Assembly: GCF_013297935.1 (NCBI RefSeq)
Contig: NZ_JAAFIX010000004.1
Location: 154,168-218,167 of the forward strand
Direction: 5' to 3'
DNA length: 64,000 bases
From: Rhodoferax sp.
Lineage (GTDB): Bacteria > Pseudomonadota > Gammaproteobacteria > Burkholderiales > Burkholderiaceae_C
Part shown: positions 20,342-31,903 of the stretch, piece by piece
Position numbering within the stretch: position 1 is the first letter of the stretch
How the letters are laid out: every line of letters starts with the position of its first letter
Translations under genes and position numbers: made by a program
Notes under the pieces: generated by a model
Database searches by the model: none
What the model was told of the DNA's origin: nothing
The model's input: only the letters and a program-made list of their open reading frames with translations

Positions 20342-21190
20342 TCATGCGTAGCGCTTGTTCCTTAGGTTGTGCTTCATCTCGCTGAGCAAAGGTTGCAACT
20401 TGCCGCCACCGATGCGCAAGGCCACGCAGGTGGCCAGGATGTCGATGATCATCAAATGCAGCAAGCGGGACACCATGGGGCTGTAGCGGTCGAAGCCTTC
20501 GGGGTGGTCTGCGCTCAGGTGGATGTGACCGGCGCTGGCCAAGGGTGAGCCGCTGGCGGTGATGACGATGGTGGTCGCGCCGTTTTTGCGGGCAATGTCG
20601 CAGGCGTCCATCAGGTCACGGGTGCGGCCCGAGTTGCTGATCACCACTACACAGTCGCCGGCACCCAGAATCGAGGCGCTCATGACTTGCATATGCCCGT
20701 CGCTGTAGGCTGTGGTGTTGATGCCCAAACGGAAGAACTTGTGTTGCGCGTCTTGCGCCACGATGCCAGAGTTACCCACTCCGAAGAACTGGATCTGACG
20801 GCCTGCACCATAGGCCTCTACCAGCGCCACCACGGCTTTTTCAATGGCCATGGTGGAGGCGTCGTTACGGTAGCGCAAGAAGGCCGCCACGGTGTTGTCG
20901 ATCACCTTGACCATCACATCACCGGTCTTGTCGTCTGCGTCCACGCTGCGGTGGATAAAGGGCACGCCTTCATTGACCGTGCCTGCCAGCTTAAGCTTGA
21001 AATCCGACAGGCCGTCGTAGCCCACACTGCGGCAAAACCGCACCACGGTGGGTTTGCTGACGTGCGCACGGTCTGCCAGCTCACTCACCGGCAATTTGGC
21101 AAATGCGCGCGGGTCCGCCAGGCAGAGCTTGCCCACGCGCTGTTCTGCCGGGGCCAAAGAGGGCAGGGAGGCTTTGATTCGATCCAACAT
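20342..21190 (-). CDS. hexR: RpiR-family regulator (HTH plus SIS domain)
   Basis: VSKPTVVRFCRSVGYDGLSDFKLKL; SIS domain ISNSGRT; directly downstream of zwf. Confidence 0.85.
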   Translation of the reverse strand: MLDRIKASLPSLAPAEQRVGKLCLADPRAFAKLPVSELADRAHVSKPTVVRFCRSVGYDGLSDFKLKLAGTVNEGVPFIHRSVDADDKTGDVMVKVIDNTVAAFLRYRNDASTMAIEKAVVALVEAYGAGRQIQFFGVGNSGIVAQDAQHKFFRLGINTTAYSDGHMQVMSASILGAGDCVVVISNSGRTRDLMDACDIARKNGATTIVITASGSPLASAGHIHLSADHPEGFDRYSPMVSRLLHLMIIDILATCVALRIGGGKLQPLLSEMKHNLRNKRYA

Positions 21191-21251
21191 GGTCGGTACT
21201 TCCAGGTGGACGCAGTGGCAGCTCTGAGGCGGCCCCTGCGTCGTCAGCACA

Positions 21252-22718
21252 TCAAGATTCTTCTGACCAGCAGAAGCCGTCGCGGGCAATCATGGCGCTG
21301 GAGGCGCTCGGCCCCCAGGTACCGGCGGCATACAGGCGCGGGCCCGACGCGTCGGCGGCCCAGTGTTCCAGCATGGGTTCGACCCAGCTCCAGGCTTCTT
21401 CTTGCTCATCGCTGCGCACAAAGAGGTTGAGGCGGCCGTCGATCACATCGAGCAGCAGGCGCTCGTAAGCGCCTACACGCTCGGAGCCGAAGCGCTTGTC
21501 GAAATCAAGGTCCAGCTGCACCGGTGCCAGCGTTTGGGAGGCCGATGCGCGGCTCTGGCGGTTGTCCTGGCCCTGAGCCAGCAGGTGGAGTTCCAGGCCG
21601 TCTTTGGGCTGCAGGTTGATGACTAGGCGGTTGCCCACACCCACGTTGGAGTTGTAGATGGCGTGTGGCGTCGGGCGGAAGTTGATGACGATGCGTGCAT
21701 CGCGGCCCGAGAGACGTTTGCCGGTGCGGATGTAGAAAGGTACGCCGGCCCAACGCCAGTTGGCGATTTCGGTGCGCAGGGCCACAAAGGTTTCGGTGTT
21801 GCTCTGGGGGCTGACACCGGTTTCTTCGCGGTAACCGGGCACCTTGGCGCCGCCGCTGGTGCCGGCAGAATACTGACCGCGCACCACGTCTTGCTTCAGG
21901 GTTTCGGCGGTCCAAGGCTTCAGGGAGCGCAGTACCTTGAGCTTTTCGTCGCGGATGGCGTCCGCGCCGGCGTTGATAGGCGGCTCCATGGCAATTGCGC
22001 AGAGCAGCTGCAAGGCGTGGTTCTGCACCATATCGCGCAGGGCGCCGGTGGTTTCGTAAAACGCGCCACGGCTCTCCACGCCCAGATCTTCGGCGATGGT
22101 GATTTGGATATTGGCGATGTGCTCACGGCGCCAGAGCGGCTCAAACAAGGCATTGCCAAAGCGCATGGCAAACAGGTTTTGCACCGAAGGTTTGCCGAGG
22201 TAATGGTCGATGCGGTAGACCTGATCTTCGGCAAAGAAGCGGCGCACGGTGGCGTTGATGGCGCGGTTGGAGGCAAGGTCATGGCCCAGCGGCTTTTCGA
22301 GCACCACGCGAGTTTTGGCGGTGTTCAGGCCGCTGGCGGCCAGCTGCTCGCACACATTGGTAAACAAGCTGGGCGCTGTCGCTACATACATGACCACGCT
22401 GTCGGCGTTGCGGGCGTTCAGGGTCTCGGCCAAGCGGGCATAGTCTTCGGCCTTGGACAAGTCCATGCGCACGAATTCAAGGATGGCGGCAAAGCGGGCA
22501 AATTCTTCGGCACTGGGGCGCTTGGCCAGCTCCACTTTTTCAAAGCGGGACTGGATGAGTGCGCGGTACTGGTCATGGCTCAGGTCATCACGGCCCACGC
22601 CGATGATGCGGCCGCCCTCCGGCAAAGTGCCATGGCGGAAGGCCTGAAACAGGGCGGGCATGAGTTTGCGCCAGGCCAAATCGCCTGTGCCGCCGAACAT
22701 GACTAAATCAAAGCTCAT
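21252..22718 (-). CDS. zwf: Glucose-6-phosphate 1-dehydrogenase
   Basis: GGTGDLA; EKPLG; YRIDHYLGK; MVQNH; RWAGVPFYIRTGK. Confidence 0.97.
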   Translation of the reverse strand: MSFDLVMFGGTGDLAWRKLMPALFQAFRHGTLPEGGRIIGVGRDDLSHDQYRALIQSRFEKVELAKRPSAEEFARFAAILEFVRMDLSKAEDYARLAETLNARNADSVVMYVATAPSLFTNVCEQLAASGLNTAKTRVVLEKPLGHDLASNRAINATVRRFFAEDQVYRIDHYLGKPSVQNLFAMRFGNALFEPLWRREHIANIQITIAEDLGVESRGAFYETTGALRDMVQNHALQLLCAIAMEPPINAGADAIRDEKLKVLRSLKPWTAETLKQDVVRGQYSAGTSGGAKVPGYREETGVSPQSNTETFVALRTEIANWRWAGVPFYIRTGKRLSGRDARIVINFRPTPHAIYNSNVGVGNRLVINLQPKDGLELHLLAQGQDNRQSRASASQTLAPVQLDLDFDKRFGSERVGAYERLLLDVIDGRLNLFVRSDEQEEAWSWVEPMLEHWAADASGPRLYAAGTWGPSASSAMIARDGFCWSEES

Positions 22719-22740
22719 AAGACTGGTGGTACGTTTAAGA

Positions 22741-22774
22741 GTTACATGAAAGCTGACGTTGTAATGTAACTTTG
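22741..22774. promoter_or_regulatory. Putative HexR operator half-sites between divergent zwf and tal
   Basis: GTTACA and TGTAATGTAACT resemble the TGTA(A/G)...(T/C)TACA HexR box; imperfect match. Confidence 0.4.
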
Positions 22775-22860
22775 TTTCATTGATAATTCAAGGGGACAAA
22801 GCGCAACTCTCTGCGCGTTTACCCTTAGTTTTAACCCTCCGGCCTCGCGGCCTGCGCCCC

Positions 22861-23808
22861 ATGAACCAACTCGACGCACTCAAACAATTCACCACCGTGG
22901 TGGCCGACACTGGCGACTTCAAGCAGCTCGACGCTTTCAAGCCTCAGGATGCGACTACCAACCCCTCGCTCATCCTCAAGGCCGTGCAAAAGGCCGAATA
23001 CGCGCCCTTGGTCAAAGACACGGTGAACCAGTTCCGTGGCCGCACCATGGACGAAATTGTGGATCGTTTGCTGGTGCGTTTCGGTTGCGAAATCCTGTCC
23101 ATCATTCCCGGCCGCGTGTCGACTGAAGTGGACGCCCGCCTGAGCTTTGACACCGCCGCCACCGTGGCCCGTGGCGAGCGCCTCATTGAGCTGTACCAGG
23201 CCCAAGGCATTCACTCCGACCGTGTGTTGATCAAGGTGGCCTCTACCTGGGAAGGCATCAAAGCGGCCGAGCAGTTAGAGCGCAAAGGCATTCACACCAA
23301 CCTGACCCTGTTGTTCGCGTTCTGCCAGGCCGTGGCGTGCGGGCAGGCCAAGGTGCAGCTGATTTCTCCCTTCGTCGGTCGCATTTACGACTGGTACAAG
23401 AAGAATGCAGGCGCTGCCTGGGTCGAAGCGGACAACGCTGAGCTGAACGACCCGGGCGTCAAGTCCGTGGCCCAGATCTACAACTACTACAAGAAGTTCG
23501 GCATCGCCACTGAAGTCATGGGCGCGAGCTTCCGCAACGTGGGCCAGATCACCGCACTCGCCGGCTGCGACCTGCTGACCATCAGCCCCGATCTGCTGGC
23601 CCTGATGGCAGCCTCCGAAACCCCCATCAGCCAGGCCCTGAATGCAAACACGGCCAAGACGGCAGCCATTGAACACGTGAGCTACGACGAAGCCGGCTTC
23701 CGCCTGGCACTCAACAACGACGCCATGGCCACCGAGAAGCTGGCCGAAGGCATCCGCGCTTTCTGTGTGGACGCCGTCAAGCTCGAACAGTTGCTGCTGG
23801 CAGCCTGA
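22861..23808 (+). CDS. tal: Transaldolase
   Basis: DATTNPSL; [11 protein letters not shown]; VMGASFR. Confidence 0.97.
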   Translation: MNQLDALKQFTTVVADTGDFKQLDAFKPQDATTNPSLILKAVQKAEYAPLVKDTVNQFRGRTMDEIVDRLLVRFGCEILSIIPGRVSTEVDARLSFDTAATVARGERLIELYQAQGIHSDRVLIKVASTWEGIKAAEQLERKGIHTNLTLLFAFCQAVACGQAKVQLISPFVGRIYDWYKKNAGAAWVEADNAELNDPGVKSVAQIYNYYKKFGIATEVMGASFRNVGQITALAGCDLLTISPDLLALMAASETPISQALNANTAKTAAIEHVSYDEAGFRLALNNDAMATEKLAEGIRAFCVDAVKLEQLLLAA

Positions 23809-23829
23809 CCGGAAAAGGAGCCCGCGACC

Positions 23830-25398
23830 ATGGCACGTACCCGTTGTGACCGCACGCCCGCTTGGGGCGCCCTGCAGGCGGCCTATGCCGCATCCGGCCA
23901 GGCATTCGATGTGCGCGAGGCCTTTGAGGCCGACGCCCAGCGTTTTGCCCGCTTCAGCCAGGAGGCGCCCTATGTGTTTGCGGACTTGTCCAAAAACCGC
24001 ATCGACGCCGCCACCGAAGCGCTGTTGCTGGACCTGGCCCGCCAGAGCGGCGTGCAGGAGCACCGCGATGGCATGTTCGCCGGCCAAAAGATCAACCACA
24101 CCGAGCAGCGCGAGGTGTGGCATGTTTTGTTGCGAAATCCGCCTCTAGCCCCCGTGGAATATGCGGGAGCAGCTCCTGAAATCGTAGCGGCAGAGCAAAC
24201 CAAGGTGCACGCCACCCTGGACGCGATGCTGACCTATGCCGAGCAGCTGCGGGCTGACAGCAGGATTACCGATGTGGTGAACATCGGCATCGGCGGCTCC
24301 GACCTCGGCCCGCAGATGGCGGTGCTGGCGCTGGACGCCTTTGCCACCACGGGAAAGCGCCTGCACTTTGTGAGCAATGTGGACGGCCACGAACTCGCCG
24401 CCAAGCTGCCGCACCTGAAGGCTGAGACCACGGTCTTCCTGATTGCCAGCAAGACTTTCACCACCATTGAGACCATGACCAACGCGGCCTCCGCCAAGGC
24501 CTGGTTTCTGGCGCAGGGCGGCACCGACATCGGCCGCCACTTCGCGGCGCTGACCACCAACGTGGCTGCGGCCAACGCCTTTGGCATCACCACCACCTTC
24601 GGTTTTTGGGACTGGGTGGGCGGGCGCTACTCCATGTGGTCGGCCATTGGCTTGCCGATTGCCATTGCCATTGGCGCAGCAGGTTTCCGCGAGTTTCTCG
24701 CGGGTGCCCACGCCATGGACGAGCACTTCCGCACCGCGCCGCTGGAGAGCAATTTGCCGGTGCGCTTAGGTCTGTTGGACGTGTGGTACCGCAACTTCCA
24801 TGGCTACATCAGCCGCAGCATTGCGCCGTACCACAGCGCCTTGCGCCGCGTGCCTGCCTACTTGCAGCAGTTGGAAATGGAAAGCAACGGCAAGCGGGTC
24901 GATGCCGCTGGCGAAGCGCTGCCCTTTGACACCTGCCCGGTGCTCTGGGGCGAGCCTGGCACCAATGGCCAGCATGCGTATTTCCAGATGCTGCACCAGG
25001 GGACCGATGTAGTGCCGGTGGAGTTCATCGCCGTCAAAAAGGCGCGTCACGCGCTGCCCGGCCACCACCCCATGCTGCTGGCCAATGTGCTGGCGCAGGC
25101 GCAGGCACTCATGCAGGGCAAAGTGGATGCGGGCGGCCACAAGCATTTCACTGGCAACCGCCCCAGCACCTTCTTGTTGCTAGACGATTTGACGCCCGCT
25201 TCGCTGGGCGCGCTGATTGCGTTGCAGGAGCACCGTGTGTTTGTGAGTGGTTCGTTGTGGGGCATCAACAGCTTTGACCAATGGGGCGTGGAGTTGGGCA
25301 AGGTGTTGGCCAAAGACATTGAGCCGCGGCTGGCTTCTGGGGACGTTGCTGGGTTGGATGGGTCCACAGCCGGTTTGTTGGCGCGCTTGCGGGACTGA
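23830..25398 (+). CDS. pgi: Glucose-6-phosphate isomerase
   Basis: GIGGSDLGP; WVGGRYSMWSAIG; QQLEMESNGK; FDQWGVELGK. Confidence 0.97.
   Translation: MARTRCDRTPAWGALQAAYAASGQAFDVREAFEADAQRFARFSQEAPYVFADLSKNRIDAATEALLLDLARQSGVQEHRDGMFAGQKINHTEQREVWHVLLRNPPLAPVEYAGAAPEIVAAEQTKVHATLDAMLTYAEQLRADSRITDVVNIGIGGSDLGPQMAVLALDAFATTGKRLHFVSNVDGHELAAKLPHLKAETTVFLIASKTFTTIETMTNAASAKAWFLAQGGTDIGRHFAALTTNVAAANAFGITTTFGFWDWVGGRYSMWSAIGLPIAIAIGAAGFREFLAGAHAMDEHFRTAPLESNLPVRLGLLDVWYRNFHGYISRSIAPYHSALRRVPAYLQQLEMESNGKRVDAAGEALPFDTCPVLWGEPGTNGQHAYFQMLHQGTDVVPVEFIAVKKARHALPGHHPMLLANVLAQAQALMQGKVDAGGHKHFTGNRPSTFLLLDDLTPASLGALIALQEHRVFVSGSLWGINSFDQWGVELGKVLAKDIEPRLASGDVAGLDGSTAGLLARLRD
24135..24188 (+). repeat. 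54-bp element, copy 5 (inside pgi)
   Basis: aaatccgcctcTAGCCCccgtggaataTGCGGgagcAGCTcctgaaatcgtAGC; encodes NPPLAPVEYAGAAPEIVA. Confidence 0.8.
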
Positions 25399-25455
25399 CT
25401 TCGTGGTGGGCGGCGCAACGTCCCACTGCGCCGCCTTGCTTCCGAAGCATTTCCA

Positions 25456-26676
25456 ATGATCACGCTGCAGCAAGCCCGTAACCTGCACTTGGCTGCGCAG
25501 GGCTTGCTGCAAGCACCCACGCGGGTGGCGCAGTTCGGCGATGTCGCCGCCTGCATCGAGCGCATGGCGCTGCTGCAGATTGACACCATCCATGTGGTGT
25601 CGCGCAGCCCTTATCTCGTGTTGCATTCGCGTCTGGGGGACTACCCGCGCGAATGGCTGGAGGACACGCTGGCCGGCGGCGCCATGTTCGAGACATGGGC
25701 CCACGAGGCGTGCTTTGCACCTGCGGCCGACTTGCATCTGCACCGCGCCTACAACCGCCATGCGCGACGCCATTGGGGCTTGGCCAAGGGTGAGAAGACG
25801 GCCGCTGCGCAGCGCCCCCATCTCGACAAGCTGTTGGACCACATCCGCACCCACGGGCCGGTGAAGTCGTCCGACTTTGAGCGACCCGAAGGCACTGGCG
25901 GTGCCTGGTGGGGCTGGAAGGACGAGAAGCGCTGGCTGGAGGCGCTGTTTGCCCTGGGCGAGCTCATGATTGCGCGGCGCGAGAATTTTCACCGTGTGTA
26001 CGACCTGAGCGAGCGCGTGGCACCGCAGCTCTTGCACCCCGCGCCCGAGCTGGACCCAGCTACGCTTGACGCGGCTTTGATCGAAAAAGCGATTGCCGCC
26101 CTGGGCCTGACGCAGGCGCGCTGGGTGAACGATTACTTTCGCACCAAGCCCCGCCTCAAAGACGCCGATTTAGACGCCTTGCTGGCGCAGGGCAGGGTTT
26201 CGCGCGTGGCGGTGCAGGGCTGGGACGCGCCGGGCTATGTGCATGCCTGCCATGCGGATAGCTTGCAGCAGGCGCTGGCCGGCACACTGGTAGCCACGCA
26301 CACTGCATTGCTGTCCCCGTTTGACCCCGTGGTGTGGGACCGCGAGCGGGCCTCCACGTTTTTTGGCTTTGACTACCGGCTGGAGTGCTACACCCCCGAA
26401 GAAAAGCGGGTGTACGGCTACTTCGTGTTGCCCATTTTGTGTTGCGGCGAGCTCATAGGCCGCTTGGATGCGAAGGCGCACCGTGCCGAGGGGGTGTTTG
26501 AAGTCAAAGCGCTCTACACCCAGCCCGGCACCCGCTGGACCGAGCAGCAGCTGCACGCTGTGGCGGCCACGCTTCGCGCCACCGCCGCTTGGCATGGCAC
26601 GCCCAAAGTGCAGATCAGCCGCACCCGCCCGGCCACACTGGCAGCCGCCCTTCGCCGCGCCCTGCGACAGGCTTAG
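25456..26676 (+). CDS. YcaQ/AlkZ-like winged-helix DNA glycosylase
   Basis: LQIDTIHVV (QxD motif); LSPFDPVVWDRER; YGYFVLPIL; GRLDAKA. Confidence 0.85.
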   Translation: MITLQQARNLHLAAQGLLQAPTRVAQFGDVAACIERMALLQIDTIHVVSRSPYLVLHSRLGDYPREWLEDTLAGGAMFETWAHEACFAPAADLHLHRAYNRHARRHWGLAKGEKTAAAQRPHLDKLLDHIRTHGPVKSSDFERPEGTGGAWWGWKDEKRWLEALFALGELMIARRENFHRVYDLSERVAPQLLHPAPELDPATLDAALIEKAIAALGLTQARWVNDYFRTKPRLKDADLDALLAQGRVSRVAVQGWDAPGYVHACHADSLQQALAGTLVATHTALLSPFDPVVWDRERASTFFGFDYRLECYTPEEKRVYGYFVLPILCCGELIGRLDAKAHRAEGVFEVKALYTQPGTRWTEQQLHAVAATLRATAAWHGTPKVQISRTRPATLAAALRRALRQA

Positions 26677-26797
26677 CGCTGCTACGGGGCAATCGCTATC
26701 GATAACCCTCTTTCCATAGCGGACAAACCGCCTCGCAGTTGCACCAATGGGTAGTAATTGCGACTATCTGGTTTTTATTCAAACTCCGGAGGCTTTT

Positions 26798-27769
26798 ATG
26801 GTGACTCGTCGCGATTTCTTTGTGGGTGGCGGTGCAGCGGTGGCCGCGTACGCAGCAGGCTCTTTTTTGCCACTGGGTGCCCAGTCGGCCCCTAACTTTG
26901 GCGCCCCCAGCGTGGTGCAAGTGGGCTTTCGCAAGCAAAAGGTTGGGGACTTTGAAGTCATCGCCCTGAACGATGGCGTGACCCGCCGCCCCTTGGCCGC
27001 CGAGTTTGTGCGCAACGCCCCCTTGGGCGAAGTGCAAGAGCTGCTGAAATCGCAAAACCTGCCCACCGAGTACCTCGATGTGCCTTACACCGCGTTTCTG
27101 GTGATTGCCGGCAACCGCAAAGTGCTGCTCGACACCGGTTTCTCAGACAACGGCGGCCCCACCACCGGCCGCCTCGTCGCCAATTTGAATGCTGCGGGCT
27201 ACAAGGTAGAAGACATTGACACCGTCATCCTGAGCCACTTCCATGGCGACCACATTTTGGGCGTGCGCAACAAGGCGGGCCAGCTGGTGTACCCCAACGC
27301 CAAAATCATGGTGCCCTCGGTGGAGCACGCGTTCTGGATGGACGATGCCCGCATGGCCGCCGCCCCGGATGCCATGAAGGGCGCTTTCCAAACCGTGCGC
27401 CGCATGCTGGGTGGCCTGAACGACAGCCAGATGGTCAAGTTTGAGGCCGGTACCGAAATCGTGCCCGGCATCAAGAGCGTGGCAGCCTACGGCCACACCC
27501 CGGGCCACACGCTGTTTATGGTGGAGAGCAAGGGAGAAAAGTTTGCCTATGTGGCCGACATCACCAACGTGCCCCAGCTGTTTGCGCGCAACCCTGACTG
27601 GGCGGTGCAATTCGACATGAATGCCGAAGAGGCCCGCGTGGCCCGCCGCAAGGTGTTTGACATGATCGTCAACGACAAAGTCATGGCCGGTGGCTTCCAC
27701 TTCCCGTTCCCGGCGTTCGGCCGGGTCGAGAAGCTGGGCAACGGTTTTGAATTCAAGCCGGTGGCTTGA
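26798..27769 (+). CDS. Tat-exported metallo-beta-lactamase-fold hydrolase
   Basis: TRRDFF twin-arginine signal; HFHGDH; GHTPGH; terminal HFPFP. Confidence 0.85.
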   Translation: MVTRRDFFVGGGAAVAAYAAGSFLPLGAQSAPNFGAPSVVQVGFRKQKVGDFEVIALNDGVTRRPLAAEFVRNAPLGEVQELLKSQNLPTEYLDVPYTAFLVIAGNRKVLLDTGFSDNGGPTTGRLVANLNAAGYKVEDIDTVILSHFHGDHILGVRNKAGQLVYPNAKIMVPSVEHAFWMDDARMAAAPDAMKGAFQTVRRMLGGLNDSQMVKFEAGTEIVPGIKSVAAYGHTPGHTLFMVESKGEKFAYVADITNVPQLFARNPDWAVQFDMNAEEARVARRKVFDMIVNDKVMAGGFHFPFPAFGRVEKLGNGFEFKPVA

Positions 27770-27820
27770 TAGTCTGATCGACCCTGGATTGCTGCAACAG
27801 CGGCTCACTGGAGTCGCACC

Positions 27821-27854
27821 AAGCCCCGCCGGCGCTATGCTGGCGGGGCTTTTT
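27821..27854 (+). terminator. Intrinsic terminator
   Basis: aagccccgcc...ggcggggcttttt. Confidence 0.8.
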
Positions 27855-27872
27855 CTCTTGGAAATCTGAAAT

Positions 27873-28523
27873 ATGAATGTGGTGTTTGACTTTGGCGCGG
27901 TGCTGTTCACCTGGCGCCCGGTGGATTTGATGATGGAGTGCTTTCCGCAGCGCGCTGCGACCCGTGCAGAGGCCGGGCATTTGGCCCATGAGGTGTTCGG
28001 GCACGCCGAATGGCAGGCCTTTGACCGCGGCACGATCGCCATGCAAGACGTTATTGCGCAGGTCGCGGATCGGGTAGGGGTGGACGCAAGCACTCTGGGC
28101 GCGCTGGTGGAAAGCATTGGCGAGCGCCTGACGCCCATGCCGGAGTCGGTAGCCCTGTTCAAGCGCTTAGTTGCCCTGCGTGCGCAGCGCGTGGCCGAGG
28201 GCGCTGAGCCCCTGCGGCTCTACTACCTCTCCAACATGCCCGTGCCTTACGCCCGCGACTTGGAGCGCATGAATGCCTTTCTGAGCGAGTTCGACGGCGG
28301 CATCTTCTCGGGCGACGAACTGCTCATCAAGCCCGAGCCCGCCATCTACCAACGCCTGCAAACCCGCTACGCCCTGGACCCGGCCAAGACGGTCTTTCTG
28401 GACGACCTGCTCCCCAACATCGCAGCCGCCCAAGCCGAAGGCTGGCACGGCATCCACTTCCACACCGCCCAGCAGGCCACGCAAGAGTTGCAAGCCCTGG
28501 GTTTGAAAGAAATCGACCTCTAG
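27873..28523 (+). CDS. HAD-family hydrolase
   Basis: VVFDFGAVL motif I; LSN motif II; KPEPAIY; FLDDLLPNI motif IV. Confidence 0.8.
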   Translation: MNVVFDFGAVLFTWRPVDLMMECFPQRAATRAEAGHLAHEVFGHAEWQAFDRGTIAMQDVIAQVADRVGVDASTLGALVESIGERLTPMPESVALFKRLVALRAQRVAEGAEPLRLYYLSNMPVPYARDLERMNAFLSEFDGGIFSGDELLIKPEPAIYQRLQTRYALDPAKTVFLDDLLPNIAAAQAEGWHGIHFHTAQQATQELQALGLKEIDL

Positions 28524-28563
28524 CCCCTGCCGATATTGCGTAAGAAGCTATCAAAAGCATAGT
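28510..28563 (+). repeat. 54-bp element, copy 6 (supplies the HAD stop codon)
   Basis: aaatcgacctcTAGCCCctgccgatatTGCGTaagaAGCTatcaaaagcatAGT. Confidence 0.75.
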
Positions 28564-28574
28564 AACGCAGACGT

Positions 28575-28610
28575 AAAAAAGCCCCGCAAGGCAAAACCTT
28601 GCGGGGCTTT
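28575..28610. terminator. Bidirectional terminator between HAD and groEL
   Basis: aaaaaagccccgcaagg-caaaa-ccttgcggggcttt. Confidence 0.85.
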
Positions 28611-28767
28611 CAATTGGGTTTTTGTTCGGGTGAGCGAACTTCAAGCGGCGTAGCGAGCAGGTGCCAGGCTAGGCGCACGGAGCACAGCAACCGGAACGTA
28701 CTTGCGGTACGTGAGGATTGCGAGCACCGCACAACGACGCATGGCGCCTGCGCAGTAGCCGTCGAAA

Positions 28768-30429
<1,662 letters not shown>

Positions 30430-30436
30430 TTAAGTG

Positions 30437-30490
30437 AAATATGCCGCTAGCCCGCACAAAATGTGCGCGACTAGCTATTTATTTGATAGC
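30437..30490 (+). repeat. 54-bp element, copy 7 (groES-groEL spacer)
   Basis: aaatatgccgcTAGCCCgcacaaaatgTGCGCgactAGCTatttatttgatAGC. Confidence 0.85.
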
Positions 30491-30498
30491 GAAGTGGA

Positions 30499-30789
30499 TT
30501 ACTTCTCGACGACTGCGAACAGGTCGTCTTCTTTCATGACCAGCAGCTCGTCGCCATTGACCTTGACGGTCTGGCCGGAGTACTTGCCGAACAAAACGCG
30601 GTCGCCAACCTTCACGGTCAAGGCCTTGGTTTCGCCCTTGTCGTTGGTCTTGCCGGGGCCGACAGCCAACACTTCACCTTGGTCAGGCTTCTCAGCAGCG
30701 TTGTCAGGAATGTAGATGCCGGAGGCAGTCTTAGTTTCAGTTTCAACGCGCTTAACAATCACGCGATCTGCCAGAGGACGCAGGTTCAT
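30499..30789 (-). CDS. groES: Co-chaperonin GroES
   Basis: [12 protein letters not shown]; [10 protein letters not shown]; [11 protein letters not shown]. Confidence 0.98.
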   Translation of the reverse strand: MNLRPLADRVIVKRVETETKTASGIYIPDNAAEKPDQGEVLAVGPGKTNDKGETKALTVKVGDRVLFGKYSGQTVKVNGDELLVMKEDDLFAVVEK

Positions 30790-30873
30790 GAGAAATCTCC
30801 TAAATAGGGAAACAAGAAACACCAGAAGCCGCCCACCAGGGCCGACTCCCGAGAACTAACGCGGCCGGTGCTG

Positions 30874-30900
30874 TTAGCACTCAAGTCCGACGAGTGCTAA
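30874..30900. promoter_or_regulatory. CIRCE element (HrcA operator)
   Basis: Exact TTAGCACTC-N9-GAGTGCTAA upstream of groES. Confidence 0.95.
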
Positions 30901-30902
30901 TG

Positions 30903-30930
30903 ATAAGGGGTTTTGGCCAGGTTTCAAGGG
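30903..30930 (-). promoter_or_regulatory. Sigma-32-like promoter for groESL
   Basis: Minus strand CCCTTGAA-12 nt-CCCCTTAT, directly upstream of CIRCE; spacing slightly short. Confidence 0.55.
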
Positions 30931-31023
30931 CTGGCCTTGAACCGGAAAGGGCTATCAGAAGTCTACGGCCCCTCAGATGCGGCATGATCGGGGGCTTTTT
31001 TGCACGAATTCCTGACTACTGAT

Positions 31024-31701
31024 ATGACCGAAACCTTGCCTTTGCCACCGGAAGCGCCTGTTGCTGACACGGCGGCGGCCCCTAAGGCGCGTGCGCCCAA
31101 GCCAGATGTTTTGCCGGTGCTCGACAAAATGGCGGCGCTGTATCCCCACCTGTTCGGCGCGGTTTTCCGGCCCATGAAGCGGGGTATTTTTCAAGAATTG
31201 TTGGACGCGCACCCCACCGAGTTCGAGCCAGTGAGTCTGAAGGCTGCGCTGTCCATGCATGCGCGCTCCCTGCGCTACCTGACCGCCGTGGCGTCGGGTG
31301 AGCAGCGCCATGATTTGCAAGGCCAGCCGGTGGAGCCGATGGCGCCTGAGCATGTGTTTCACGCGCTGCTGGAGGTGTTCCGCCGCCGGCAGTTCCGCAC
31401 AAAAGAAGACTTGCGTCCGAAGCTGGTGCAGCGGGTAGTGGCCGCCTGGGAGGCCTCGGGCCTCACGCCCCAAGCCTACCGCGAGCTGGTGACCAGCCGC
31501 GATGCCGCCGCCAACGCGGTGTTGGACGACGCCATGTCCGAGGCCGATGCCCGTGCTGCCAAGGCCGAGGCCCTGCGGGCGGCCTTCCAGTCCAGCGGTG
31601 CCACGGTCGAGGCGTTTGCCGACATGTATGGCCTGGACCCCCGTGCCGTGGGCCGCATGTTGCGAGGCTCGGGCGCGGACGCTGCTCCGGCAGCGGGCTG
31701 A
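31024..31701 (+). CDS. ProQ/FinO-domain protein with a C-terminal extension
   Basis: YPHLF..FRPMKRGIFQEL; ARSLRYL..VASGEQRHDLQGQP. Confidence 0.75.
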   Translation: MTETLPLPPEAPVADTAAAPKARAPKPDVLPVLDKMAALYPHLFGAVFRPMKRGIFQELLDAHPTEFEPVSLKAALSMHARSLRYLTAVASGEQRHDLQGQPVEPMAPEHVFHALLEVFRRRQFRTKEDLRPKLVQRVVAAWEASGLTPQAYRELVTSRDAAANAVLDDAMSEADARAAKAEALRAAFQSSGATVEAFADMYGLDPRAVGRMLRGSGADAAPAAG

Positions 31702-31903
31702 CCACCGGCACTGGCGCAGTGCGCGCCGCTCCTTTATAGTTCGGGCGCGCGCCCCGAAACCGGTGCGCGGGCAAACCTGCCGAGAGGCAGGGACGCAAAG
31801 CCTCCGGTCCTCCCTGCGCAGCAGGCGGATAGCGGGGTTGCTTCTACCAGAGTCTCTGGAGAAACGCGTCTTGCCCTTGTGTGCAACGACCGGACTCCAC
31901 GCG

